A DNA stretch of 64,000 nt from Priapulus caudatus (taxonomy: Eukaryota). The translations under genes were made by a program, and so were the position numbers. The first letter of the stretch is position 1; every line of letters begins with the position of its first letter. Below the pieces are notes generated by a model that was not told the origin of the DNA, made no database searches, and saw only the letters and a list, made by a program, of their open reading frames with translations. This document shows positions 1-12,104 of the stretch, one piece after another. The stretch lies in contig NW_014577083.1 of the NCBI RefSeq assembly GCF_000485595.1, forward strand, positions 23,196 through 87,195. The letters run 5' to 3'.

Positions 1-29
1 CGTGCGTGCGTGCGTGCGTGCGTGCGTGC

Positions 30-70
<41 letters not shown>

Positions 71-1028
71 GTGTTTCCATATGTTGTTCTGCAGCTAGGG
101 GGGTCCGGGGGCATGCCCCTCCGGGGAATTTTTTAAAATTAGGCTATATTTGGTGCATTCTGGTGAATTTTGAGGCCTGTGACCGGTTTCTGGAAACCGG
201 TGCAAACCGGCCTAAATCCGCGCCTGACATGCATAGATTCACAAGGAAAGAGACCTCTTATTCACAGTTCACAGACTATAAAAGCTAAATCACGCTTCAC
301 GCAAAGTGGTCCATTCACAGTTCACAGACAAATTAAATTGCAATTCACAGTTCACGAGGTATAAAAACGGCCGATCCCGTTTCACGAAAATACCCTTACC
401 CACCCTCTTAACTTTTTAAGCCCTGCTTAGGAGGTTTTGAGGTCTGTAGCCTGACGGACGTCACAGTTAACTCATCAATCACTATTTTATCTATTTATGT
501 CTTATTTGGTCGCTTGGTGGCGCGACGAAATTAAATGCTAGTGGCGTAGAGTTCTTCGCATAGAAATCGCAGCCCATTCTCTTCGTACCCGGTACCGAAC
601 TCTACAAACGGTAGCAGCCTGCTTGTAGAAGCTTATATTCGCGTCAGTCCTCTTCTTGATTATATCATATTAACTTAATAAGTTTTCTCATAAACAGCTA
701 TTTTTGTAGTTTTGTAGTCGATATTGTGTGCCTGCGAATCTTTAGACGGGTACCGTGTTTCTACACCATAGCCTATACGCTTGGCCTTGTCGCTATGGTA
801 TATATTTAGAGCAAAGATACAGGGAACCAGTCTAGGTTATGATTCTCGCTTTGTTTGTCGTTAGCAGCGCTAGCTGGCGGTGAGGAACCCTCATTGTACA
901 CAAACCGACGACTTCGCGATCAGCAGGCGGCAATCCAGTGCATTCTGCAATAAATCTGCAACTCTGAAATCTATGTCATTCACCATAACGCCAATGGAAA
1001 GCAGTTTTAGTTGACATTCGGCGTAGTG

Positions 1029-1286
1029 ATGGCAGAGAGAAAAGATGTGTGCCGCTCCAGCAACGCTCTTTATATGCGGCACTCGCAGCTAGTTCAATGG
1101 GATACTTCTGTCACAGCCAAGGAACCAACACAGCTAAGAAGAAAGACGCCAAAAATCAAATTTCACGATGGCTGTGTTTTCCTAGCAGCGTGCAGCTCTG
1201 GAGATATCGAAGAAGTGACGGCCCTTCTCAATCGCAGAGCAGATATTAACACGACGAATGTGGATGGACTCACTGCATTACACCAG
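1029..1286 (+). CDS. PPP1R12A: MYPT exon 1: MyPhoNE-like motif, RVxF motif (KIKF), start of ankyrin repeats
   Basis: MAERKD...RHSQLVQW...PKIKFHDGCVFLAACSSGDIEEV...NVDGLTALHQ, then CAG|gtaatt donor (phase 0). Confidence 0.95.
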
Positions 1287-1321
1287 GTAATTGACTTCCA
1301 CAGCTCACGATTTTATCGGTT

Positions 1322-1831
1322 CAAGGATAGAGAACATGGGTCCCAATAAAACCAATGTAATTTACATCAATATAAATATAATATTACATCAATATAATGG
1401 GTTAGGGTTATGGTTAGGGTTATGGTTAGGGTTAGGGTTAGAGTTAGGGTACTGTACTATCAATGTCACTAACAGTATCACTATCTCGGTTAGCCCGACC
1501 AGGCTGTGCGACGGATGGTATAGGTATTCTAACCCTAGCAATACCGTTTCTTGGAGCTATATCTCGGTCATAAGACTGTATGCAGATTCAAGATTCTAGA
1601 AGTCGTAAGTCTCAAAGCTCATTCTCGTAATGCTGTACCGGGTGTTACTGGATCATGTTATGGTTACTGTTAGTGTGGCTCTGGAGAAATGTGTTGGGGC
1701 CCACTTCCTAGTTACTACTTACTAGTATATGATACAACTATATCAGCTTAAGGATAGAGAGCATGGTTGTGAGAGAAAAGCCGATGTGTTACGCTACATA
1801 GTTGTCAATCTCGCCATGCTCTCTATCCTTG
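1322..1831. mobile_element. MITE-like element with internal TTAGGG-like tract (1399-1450)
   Basis: caaggatagagaacatgg ... ccatgctctctatccttg inverted ends; a further copy of the end motif at ~1750. Confidence 0.4.
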
Positions 1832-4800
1832 TACCACTATATCTTGTACCACAGTATTACTACGCATACATGTGTACACATCATTAGAGATAAGGTTATA
1901 TTATGCCACCCTGATACAGAATGATATTGAACAATTTTTATTGCTACGACACGTTTAATTTTATATTGGTGTTGGGTTTATAAAAATAATGCCGCAGAGC
2001 TGCACTAGAATGCGCCATTGTGAATCTTGAAATATAAACTATTCTTGGGACACATCCACTGAAGCCGAACCTTGTGCAGAAATAGACAGTTGTGTCTTTG
2101 CACTCTTACCGTACTCCTCTCTAACTCTTAGACTGCTGGTGAAGCTGCTAACTAAATTTATAGTAGGTATAATTGAATAAATTGTATAAAAATGTGTTAT
2201 ACATGTAATACAAATATGAAAGAAACATCCAGATATATTCTGTTGTGCAGACACAATTTGCCACAAGCACACAAAGCTAGTGCTACTACACTATGCTAGG
2301 AACAATGCTAGGAAGTTTGCTAGCATAAATTTGCACATAGACTGCTTACCAAGCAGCTCTCCATGTAAAAGTAAGCATGTGACCTATTCTGGTTTTGTAT
2401 TTGGTTTTGAACTGTTTGCATGGTTTCTCACAAGTTCGTACATCTCATCAATTTACAGATTTGTAACGTTTTTTATTGTGCCACTGTTAACGTATCTAAA
2501 AAGCTTGCCTACAAAGCTCAATTCTTCATGTTCCGAATGCATCAGGCAGCACTATTTCGGCATACATTAAAAAGTTATTACAGACAATTTATCTTGGTTG
2601 TTATTGTGTATATTTGTTCCAATAAATATTTAATATTACTTAGACAATTCTTCGTATTATTATTTGAGACAACTTCCTCACAGAAGGTTGAAAATACACC
2701 CAGGCAGCAGCAAATAGCATAAATTGTTTGGGCCCTGGGCATTCTTTAACCCTCGTCTCTGCATAAAGGTTACGGTCTCTCTTCCCGTTTAAACGCCCGG
2801 AAAAAAACCCTGAGCAAGGCACAAGCCGTCGCACAAAACAGACCCGAGGGGCGGAGGATATTTGCAACCTTATGTCTCAGATCGGAGCAGGAGGAGGAAG
2901 AGGAGGAGGAGGAGTAAGTGGTGGAGCAGGAGGAGGAAGAGAAGGAGGAGGAGGAAGAGCGGGACTGACTAACAAAGAAGTGCATATTAAGAAGCGTGTG
3001 CTTCCATAATGAATGCGTAGAATTGTCTTAGCTCTCCTCATTACTGCAGCAAATTTCAACGCATAACAAGAAAAGCTTCTTGTACTAGTAGTGAAAAACC
3101 AAGCATTATTATCAACACCTTCAAGTTTTTACATGATGATATCACAAAACATTGCCTGCAGTATATGTTAGAAACTCAGAAGTGCTGTTCATCACAGATA
3201 TTAATGAACTCGCCTTGTCTTCATGTTACAACTTACATGTTACTATATAATGCACTTTGTAATAGTAAAATAGTAAATAAATATTTTAAGCAGTTATTTC
3301 TCCACTGAATGTGTATCTTCCGTTTGATATACCTATGCCCCTGGTATAGCTATATATCTTTATATTTTATTTGTACCGATTTTAGTTTGAAAACTAAAGA
3401 AGACCAGCCCAGTTGATATGCTAAGTTTAGAAAAGAAACCATTGGGCTTCAGTAACGTTTGTGTACATGTGGACAGCCCGAAGCTGCATAGTACAGCTGA
3501 TGAACACACGTGCAGACGATTCTAGTTAGTAGTACGTGCTGGAGCGTAAGACTGTGGCATAGGGCAGGGGTGGAAGCAACGGATGAGAGGATGTGACCTG
3601 TCATCGTACGTGTATTGTTAAGCCTTGCTAGTCTTCGAACTAGTCAGCATATATCTAATTGCACTTGGTGTTTTCTCTGATGTAGCTATTGTCAAGCTCA
3701 GTTTTTTTTTCATTCAACCCCCAGCTCTAGCCAGGTGATTCCTACCAAATGCCTTCGTCTTCCACCCAGTGGGCACTCAGCATGCGTACTGATACCGAAA
3801 TGTGCACGCACACACGCATACGCACGCACACACGCATACGCACGCACACACGCATACGCACACGCACACGCACACGCACACACGCACGAATGCGTGCACG
3901 CACCCATACACACACACATGCACACACACACGCACGCACTCACACACACACACGCACACGCACACGAACACACACGTTGAGATCTGACATTTTTTAAGCA
4001 TTACACTGAATTAGGCCATAGGCGCAAACTCCTACATGTATTTTCATGTGCCTGCATCTGTATAAGCTGAAATGCCATGGCCGTCAACCCCTGAAGCTGA
4101 GAAGCCATGTCACACACTACGCTGTACTGTATCGTTGCTGCTGCTGCAGCTGGGATGTGTGTAGTAATGAATGTCATGTGCGGCGCACACACCTATATAT
4201 AGCTGGCAATAGAGGCAAAATTTGCGCCTTGTGGTTATTGCAGAATGAAGCCATGAAAAGCTGTTGATGTACGTAAGAAACACTATCCAAGGCCTGGTTG
4301 CTAGCGAATAATGTGTGTCTAACCGTGGATGGTGTTACCATATAGGTTCTGTGTCCGTGACCTAAACTGGTAAATAAGGCCCGTAGGGTCTATGTCTCCC
4401 TGACCTCTGTTTGACCTGGCTCGTTTAGCTATTTCTGACTAACCCTAACCCTAACCCTAACCCTAACCCTAACCATATCAGATAGTTACCAGGGTACGTT
4501 CCGGCAGTACCCAGGGAGACATAGACCTTATCTGCGTAAATAAGCTCAATTGTGTGTTTATGCACATCCTGTGATACAAAATCCTGTTTCGTACGATCAC
4601 TACACACCCACAGGAAGTGAACAACTACATATAAGTAGCAAAGCAAGTTACTGTAAGTGTAACATATCCATTACAACATTTGTAAAGCCTAATAACGCAG
4701 AATTACAACATGTATCTGGATTTTGTATGCATGCTGTATGTTTTATCCTTGACACCAACAAAATGGATAAAGGAAAGAAAAGTGGGGGAAATATACTGGT

Positions 4801-7718
4801 CAATTTGTGTTGGCATTTAATAATAAATTTCTTAGGAGGGAAATGTATTTCCTTGAATTTATTCGTTTTTTTTGCATTGCAGCTGAGTATAGCTTAAAAA
4901 TATCATGATCTGAGTGAGACTGAAAGCTGTCCGTTTCGTTGCTCATTATTTGGTGTTACAGACTAGCTTCGCAATATCTGCCAGATACTAGTAGTCGGTA
5001 CGTGACCTTACGTCATCGTCATGTTATTACAACATGTCATGGGTTACCAAGAGGATATACTGAGCGTAGCTGCATGTGCGTGCATGCGCGGCGTGTGTTC
5101 GTGCGTGTGTATGTGTACATGCACATGTACGTCTGCGCGTGTGCGTGCGTGCGTCCATTTGTCTGTATATGGGTGCATGAACGCATTGATCAGTAGATAT
5201 GTTTGTATCAGGAGTCTATCAATAGATCTATCCTATCTATCAATAGTCTATCAATATTGATAGACTCCTGTTTGTATGTGTGCATGCGCTGCTGGTGTAT
5301 TTGTTCAGTCATTGAAACCCGCTTTCTAGCCGAGTTACTAGTTTTACTCTTGATATCTGTGTGCTGGGGAATGGTAACTAGACCGTGCAACATGGGTACT
5401 ACTATACGGATCCAACAAAAACAGATGTTTATCAAACATGTAAAGAGACCATTGCGCATGTTTGTGATAACTACATGAAACTGCATGCGTCGTGCACATG
5501 TCTTCGTAGACAAAAATATGCCGATTTTCGGTGCTTGAAATTATTACAAATACGTACGTCACGTTTTCGATATACGCCATAAAGCAGGCATAGAGAGGTA
5601 CACATGCTTCTCTACCCTGAGAGTGAACGACAGACTAGGTTCTAATACGAGAAATCGCGTGCTGACCATCTGCTAGTAAGCTCAACACGGCTAGGCTTCA
5701 CAGCTGGTCCCTTATAATCATGAGCCATATGGCGCATGATGCAAGGTGCAGCGTCTGTCCTCCGAGACGAAGGGAAAAGTTTACATGTAACCTATTTGAG
5801 GAGGTAGTTGCCGAAAATGTTCGTTGAAAGTTTAGCTTATAGTTGTTTGCACTATGATGTACATTGCACTGTTGAGTGATGTCTAAACGTTTATACTGTG
5901 TACATGTATATGTAATCAGATATAAATCACGCTGAATTAAAAATACTTATAACGCATATCGTGGTCGTACATGATCAATATTTAATCACACAAGAAGCAA
6001 ATTGAATATGAACAGTTGATGGGCATCTTGCAGAATGTTGGTAAACATCCCGAATGACTTTGATTCGTCATAGAAATAGCTGATATCGAACTGAGGCCTC
6101 CCAGCGTGTGGAGAGATAACCGCCACGTTGCCTGGGTGAAAAAATACCACGCTGCAAAGTTTTTATGTATTTTTTGCTCCTAGTGCCTGAAGCCAGGTTT
6201 TTCCAGTTCCAACACTTGATGAGAGCAGGGGATTATACTGCATGTCCAACAGTTCCACATTTTTCTAAAATGTACAACCATTTAACTTGTTTAGGCTAAA
6301 GCCTACCTCAGATTTTGTACCTTTTCTTTCAATCCACATTTAAGGACAAGCATATATACTAAGCCGTTTAGACCTAAATAAATAAATTTTTGTAGATTAA
6401 TGAATATATTGACTCACTAGTGAAAGTGATACTAAGGATAAGTGAATGTGACAGGCAGGACATTTTTGATAGGGCAAATTTTGTGACAGGCGGGACAGAC
6501 TTTGCACTTACCTGTTGGCTATACAGAAGATATCCAGATATTTTAATGCCGTGTGTTATGAGTAAATGATTGCATTCAGAGTGACTCAAGCATTCAAAGT
6601 AAATATAAAAGCCAAGAAGTTATATCTAAACATATATATACTATTAACATATTATATTAACTAGGGGGAAATATCTTACAATTTTAATCTAAATTTATTA
6701 TGAGCATTTAGAAAAATGTCTCTAAGCATATATATGATCCAGCTTCTAAAAAATATGGATTATAAGATCATTAAAATTATAATGATTTCAAACATTGTAG
6801 TCTATCTAAATAACATAAACCATAAAAGTTGGCTTATAACTACAACTTTAAAATTGAGCAAAAATGAAAGCTTATAATGTGGAATTGATCCTTTATGATA
6901 TATGTGAGCTCATCCAATACACATAAAAAAACTATATATATATATCTACACATAATCTATAATGAGTGGAAAGTGAAATAACCTGTGCTGTNNNNNNNNN
7001 NNNNNNNNNNNNNNNNNNNNNNNNNNNNNNNNNNNNNNNNNNNNNNNNNNNNNNNNNNNNNNNNNNNNNNNNNNNNNNNNNNNNNNNNNNNNNNNNNNNN
7101 NNNNNNNNNNNNNNNNNNNNNNNNNNNNNNNNNNNNNNNNNNNNNNNNNNNNNNNNNNNNNNNNNNNNNNNNNNNNNNNNNNNNNNNNNNNNNNNNNNNN
7201 NNNNNNNNNNNNNNNNNNNNNNNNNNNNNNNNNNNNNNNNNNNNNNNNNNNNNNNNNNNNNNNNNNNNNNNNNNNNNNNNNNNNNNNNNNNNNNNNNNNN
7301 NNNNNNNNNNNNNNNNNNNNNNNNNNNNNNNNNNNNNNNNNNNNNNNNNNNNNNNNNNNNNNNNNNNNNNNNNNNNNNNNNNNNNNNNNNNNNNNNNNNN
7401 NNNNNNNNNNNNNNNNNNNNNNNNNNNNNNNNNNNNNNNNNNNNNNNNNNNNNNNNNNNNNNNNNNNNNNNNNNNNNNNNNNNNNNNNNNNNNNNNNNNN
7501 NNNNNNNNNNNNNNNNNNNNNNNNNNNNNNNNNNNNNNNNNNNNNNNNNNNNNNNNNNNNNNNNNNNNNNNNNNNNNNNNNNNNNNNNNNNNNNNNNNNN
7601 NNNNNNNNNNNNNNNNNNNNNNNNNNNNNNNNNNNNNNNNNNNNNNNNNNNNNNNNNNNNNNNNNNNNNNNNAGTCGTAACCTCTGAACTGACTGTGCTC
7701 TGTTTTAGCTCGGTGCTC

Positions 7719-10692
7719 GGTTTCGGTTTCACAATACCAGCAGCTGATGGAATGAGTGATCGATTTTTTCTGTGTGTGGCAGCACTGTACAGTCAGTGCT
7801 GACAATGTGTGAAGATTGCCGAATTGAGGGGTTTTTCACGGATTTTTCGGTGAGTTTGACGGTTTGGCAGGTTTTTTTCAGCTACGAACACTCCCCGGGT
7901 ATAAGAGATGGCCCTGTGAAAATTGCATCCAGATCGCTTGGGCGGATTGGCCGCCTATAGGGAAGATACATACATACGAACTCAAATATATATTAGATAG
8001 CTAGCCTATTACATTTATATAAATGTTCCATGTTCCATGTTCCAAGAAACGGTATTGCTAGGGTTACAATACCCCTATACTAGACAACCCCTGCTTATAT
8101 AGCAAGCAATTTACTCTACCTACTTCCTGATACTGACAATGACAATGGCAGTGGGAGATTGTAGTGGTAGGGGTGCATTAGTCGACCGACACAGATCGCA
8201 GTAATGGGGGGTGATGATAAACCCGCACCCTCACATTAGCAAAGCGGAGTTATAACGTCTGCATTTGCAGACTAGGGGTGCATATGATATAAGGCAAGGT
8301 CACATAGATGATAGAGATGGCAGATAATGTCTTAATTGTTTATATATACAAAAAGAACCTCGCAGGAAATGATTACATACTATATATAATGCTAATGAAG
8401 TAAGCTGTATTGAAATGCTGCACTTTCGCCTTACTGCTGTCATCGAAAATCCAAAATCAAAATACTAACTCGTTCGTACACTCACGATACCACTGCCACA
8501 ATGCTAACACTTTTTAAAGTGGGCGGAGCTCCAGGGAAATGCAGCGAATGGCAATTCTTAAACAGCGTATGATTTGAAAGAGGTAACTGGGCGCACTATC
8601 CGCGTACTATTTCCTATGACTATTTGATCAAATTTTGCATTAAATAATGGTCCGATTTTTCTTATGTTTAGAACTTTTTATATTTGGAACTTATAGTGAA
8701 AACGCCTAACACCACACGGAAATGGAACCACGGCGAAATCAAAAGCTTTGCTCTCGCCTCCCCCCCCCCATCTGTACGACCCCCCATGTAAGTCGCGAAT
8801 TCCTCCCACGTCCCAAATGTCTGCCCTCTGTGTCCCCCGCTAAAATTGCGGACTGTTCGCTGGCAGCTATGGATCCGTGCGCCGACCTATGGATTCGGAG
8901 CACGGATCCATAGCTGCCAGCGCTGCATACTGTCGTAGGACGTTGCCGCGGTCGCGTGCGCCTTGCCGCGGAACTGCGCGCAAGATCTCCGCTCAGCAGT
9001 TATAGGATCAACATCTTCTTTCGGCAACACTTCTCTGGTATCCCGTCTCATCTGGATTCGGTTGCCAGTGAGTTTATCAGAAGAATACCTGGCTACAGTA
9101 CACGTACGCCAGTTGAGCGCTGCGGCACTTGTTTGTATAATAACATCCCAATTCTTTAGCGGTTAATGTATTAATAGTATGGAAAAAATGATTGGCGTGT
9201 TAAAGTTCTGGTAATATTACGAGGGTGATAATTAATACCTGTCTACATTCTTTCTGCATGCTAATGTACTTCAAATTGCAATATGAATTTATATGTAGGA
9301 AGGAACTTCTGTTTATCGTAACCCACACCGTTTGCTATAGTGTTACGCATATACATGATAACGTTAATATAGCGATGTCATTAAAGTTACACAGCTATAT
9401 CTTTATTACTGTACTACCGGTTTAGCAAAGCCTCAATAGGTGGCGGGAGGGCGCACTTGACGATCTGCAGCCCGGATATCCGCGCGAAGCGCGAAAACGC
9501 CGCGTAGCGGCAAACTAACACAACTTCGCTGCCCCCACTCCAACACCTTTCCAAGGTCCCTTTGGGTATAGGCGAAAGCCCTATTATCGGTGCGTTCAGC
9601 AGTTGTCGCAATTGCAGGACGGCTTTCACTACCCAGGTAGCTAGACATTTGCTAGAAATTCTCGTACAAAATTTTTGGCTATTCGGCGCGCTTTGTTTCC
9701 TGTGAAAAACACTTTTACTATTTTTTTCACATTACTGTACATGAGTGTACATCAGTGTAGTACATATGGCGTGCGATAGATGGCGTAACGAGGCTATATG
9801 CATAGCATTGGCGATTATTTTTTCTGTTAACGCGTCAGCGCTCGCTATGCGTATTGGGAATGCTCGGTGTTGTTTACTCGACTACACAACAAATTGTGTT
9901 TACACAGGTCTTCTAACCCTAGCAAAGACCGTTTCTTGCAGCTAGTAGTAGTACTAGCTCTAGTACTATACTATATAGTATTAGTATTAGTACTAGTAGC
10001 TCTAGTACTATAGTAGTAACTTAGTCTAGTACTTAGTCTAGTAACCCGACCAGGCCGTGTCACTAACGTCAATAAAGCCTATAGGGTATTCTAACCCTAG
10101 AAATACCATTTCTTGCAGCTAGTAGTCTATAGTAGTAGTAACTATAGTACTAGTACTAGTGAGTAGTGGCAGTAGTGCTAGTACTAATAGTAGTACTACT
10201 ACTACTAGTAATTATTGTAACATGTAACTTGTAGTAATACTAATAGTAAGTAATAGAAGTATTCGTAGGTGTGCATACAATTGTATCACCCTTGTATCTT
10301 GTATCTTGTATCTTGGTACCCTCTCTTGTATTTCACAAGGCACTCGATTCTACGAGGTGCGGGGTTTATCTAGAGAAAAGGAGATTATTAATGCCGCCTC
10401 TAGTTCTCTAGATGTTAGTGTTTATAGTCACCAGTATTTTGCGTACATAATCTAACTCTGGTTTCAATAACCTGTGGTTGTCTCCTGTCCAGTTTTCTAT
10501 TCGTTGTCCCTCCTTATATTTATTAGTAGCTGCGGGTACCCGCTGCGCTGGGTAAAATCGTGCTACTAATTCATACTACTAATCATTGGACACAATAGGA
10601 ACATTGGGTAAAAATCAACAATATAACATTGCACACAATATCAATATTTACAAATCAGTGTAATAAGATAATAAGCATGGGGAAAAACTGTT
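7719..10692. repeat. ~3-kb segment repeated in inverted orientation at ~14295-18206 (probable mis-scaffolded contig)
   Basis: colinear reverse-complement match throughout; gap-bounded; second copy has many single-base indels. Confidence 0.85.
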
Positions 10693-10959
10693 NNNNNNNN
10701 NNNNNNNNNNNNNNNNNATCCAATACACATAAAAAAACTATATATATATATATCTACACATAATCTATAATGAGTGGAAAGTGAAATAACCTGTGCTGTA
10801 ACGCAAAGCGTGTGTAAAATTGTGGAATAGTTTTGAGACAGTGTTTCACAATGCATGGGACGAATTGCACGATTTGCACGAATTTGATTACTCCAATTGA
10901 AGGGTATATATTTAATATTTATCCATGATTAAGTGTCTGTCGTTTCTTTTCGTCCATAG

Positions 10960-11090
10960 GCGGTGATCGACAATTCAATGAAGATGGGGCAGTTTCTGGT
11001 GGAGCAAGGCGCTAACCTTGATGCACTTGACAACGAGGGCTGGACGCCGCTGCATGCAGCGTCATCATGCGGATTCCTTAAAATGGCCAA
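10960..11090 (+). CDS. PPP1R12A: MYPT exon 2 (ankyrin repeat)
   Basis: ccatag|AVIDNSMKMGQFLVEQGANLDALDNEGWTPLHAASSCGFLKMA|gtatgt; 131 nt, phase 0-2. Confidence 0.95.
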
Positions 11091-11388
11091 GTATGTTCAA
11101 GTATTATTACATGAATTTGCTTGTTATAGTGGAACTGATAAGGTGTATGGTAGATAGGTGAAAAGGAGAATCATGCATTGTGCATGCATGGATGCATGCT
11201 CGTTCGCACGCACGCACGCATGCACACACACATACACAAACACAATAAAACTCTTTGAAAGTAAATTTATCTGTGAATATCATAATTATTTATTTGAACA
11301 TTGAACTGAAAAAATTTCAGCCTTTTTATTTCACAGAACCGGCTCTATAATGGTTACGTTTTCACGTGCTACGGCTTTTCTTGGATAG

Positions 11389-11507
11389 GTTCTTGATGGA
11401 GGCAGGTGTCAATATCTGTGTGGTGAACAGCGATGGGGACTTGGCCTTGGATGTGGCAGAGTCTGATGAGATGGAAAACCTCATCAATAGTGAGCTGTCC
11501 AGACAAG
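11389..11507 (+). CDS. PPP1R12A: MYPT exon 3 (ankyrin repeat)
   Basis: gatag|(K)FLMEAGVNICVVNSDGDLALDVAESDEMENLINSELSRQ|gtacgt; 119 nt, phase 2-1. Confidence 0.95.
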
Positions 11508-11676
11508 GTACGTATACATTGAAACGTGCAGTGATATTCGGAAAAAGGCTGCGGAAAGGAAAGAAGACTGAGAAAATGAAGTGTGCTGCATGAATCTGTA
11601 AATTTGTGTGCGGTGTGTCTGTGTGTGCGGTGTGTGTGTGGTGTGTGTGTGTGTGTGCGGTGTGTGTGTGTGTGTG

Positions 11677-12104
11677 CAGTGCTCAAAATAAGCGTTGTCC
11701 GGTTGTCCGAGACAACCAGAATTTGCGCCGGACAACCTAACCAGTCTGAGACATTGTCCGGTGGACAACCAAGAAAAATGTGACCAAAAACGCACTTTAT
11801 TTATATTTTTCTGACCGCGGATTGAATTTATTTCGGCTGTCGATCGGCCTTGCATTGCGTCCATAGCTAGTGTTGTTTCACGGCTTCTCATTGGTCTCCC
11901 CATGACCGTCCTGATTCATGCAAAGTATTATGTTTACAGGTTGAAATAAAAAAACATTAGAGATATCGCTCCTACAATATGTTTTTGGGTGTTTTCTGAC
12001 CATTATTATTATGTGATTGAAAATAGGAGATTTGGGGATATTTTTTGGGACAACCTGATTTGATGTCTGGGTTGTCCGCATTTTTTTTCTTATTTCAAGC
12101 ACTG
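11677..12104. mobile_element. hAT-like non-autonomous element inserted in (GT)n
   Basis: TIRs cagtgctcaaaataag / cttatttcaagcactg; 8-bp tgtgtgtg on both flanks. Confidence 0.7.

Noticed and set aside
2880..2965. GA-rich stretch as the acidic exon of MYPT
   Set aside because: It lies in intron 1, would interrupt the ankyrin repeat between exons 1 and 2, and is a simple (GGA)n repeat
6932..7805. Long ORFs spanning N-gaps (also 15725-16771 and 56330-57226)
   Set aside because: Open only because of N runs (gaps 6992-7672, 10693-10717, 15827-16471, 44599-44608, 56543-57077)
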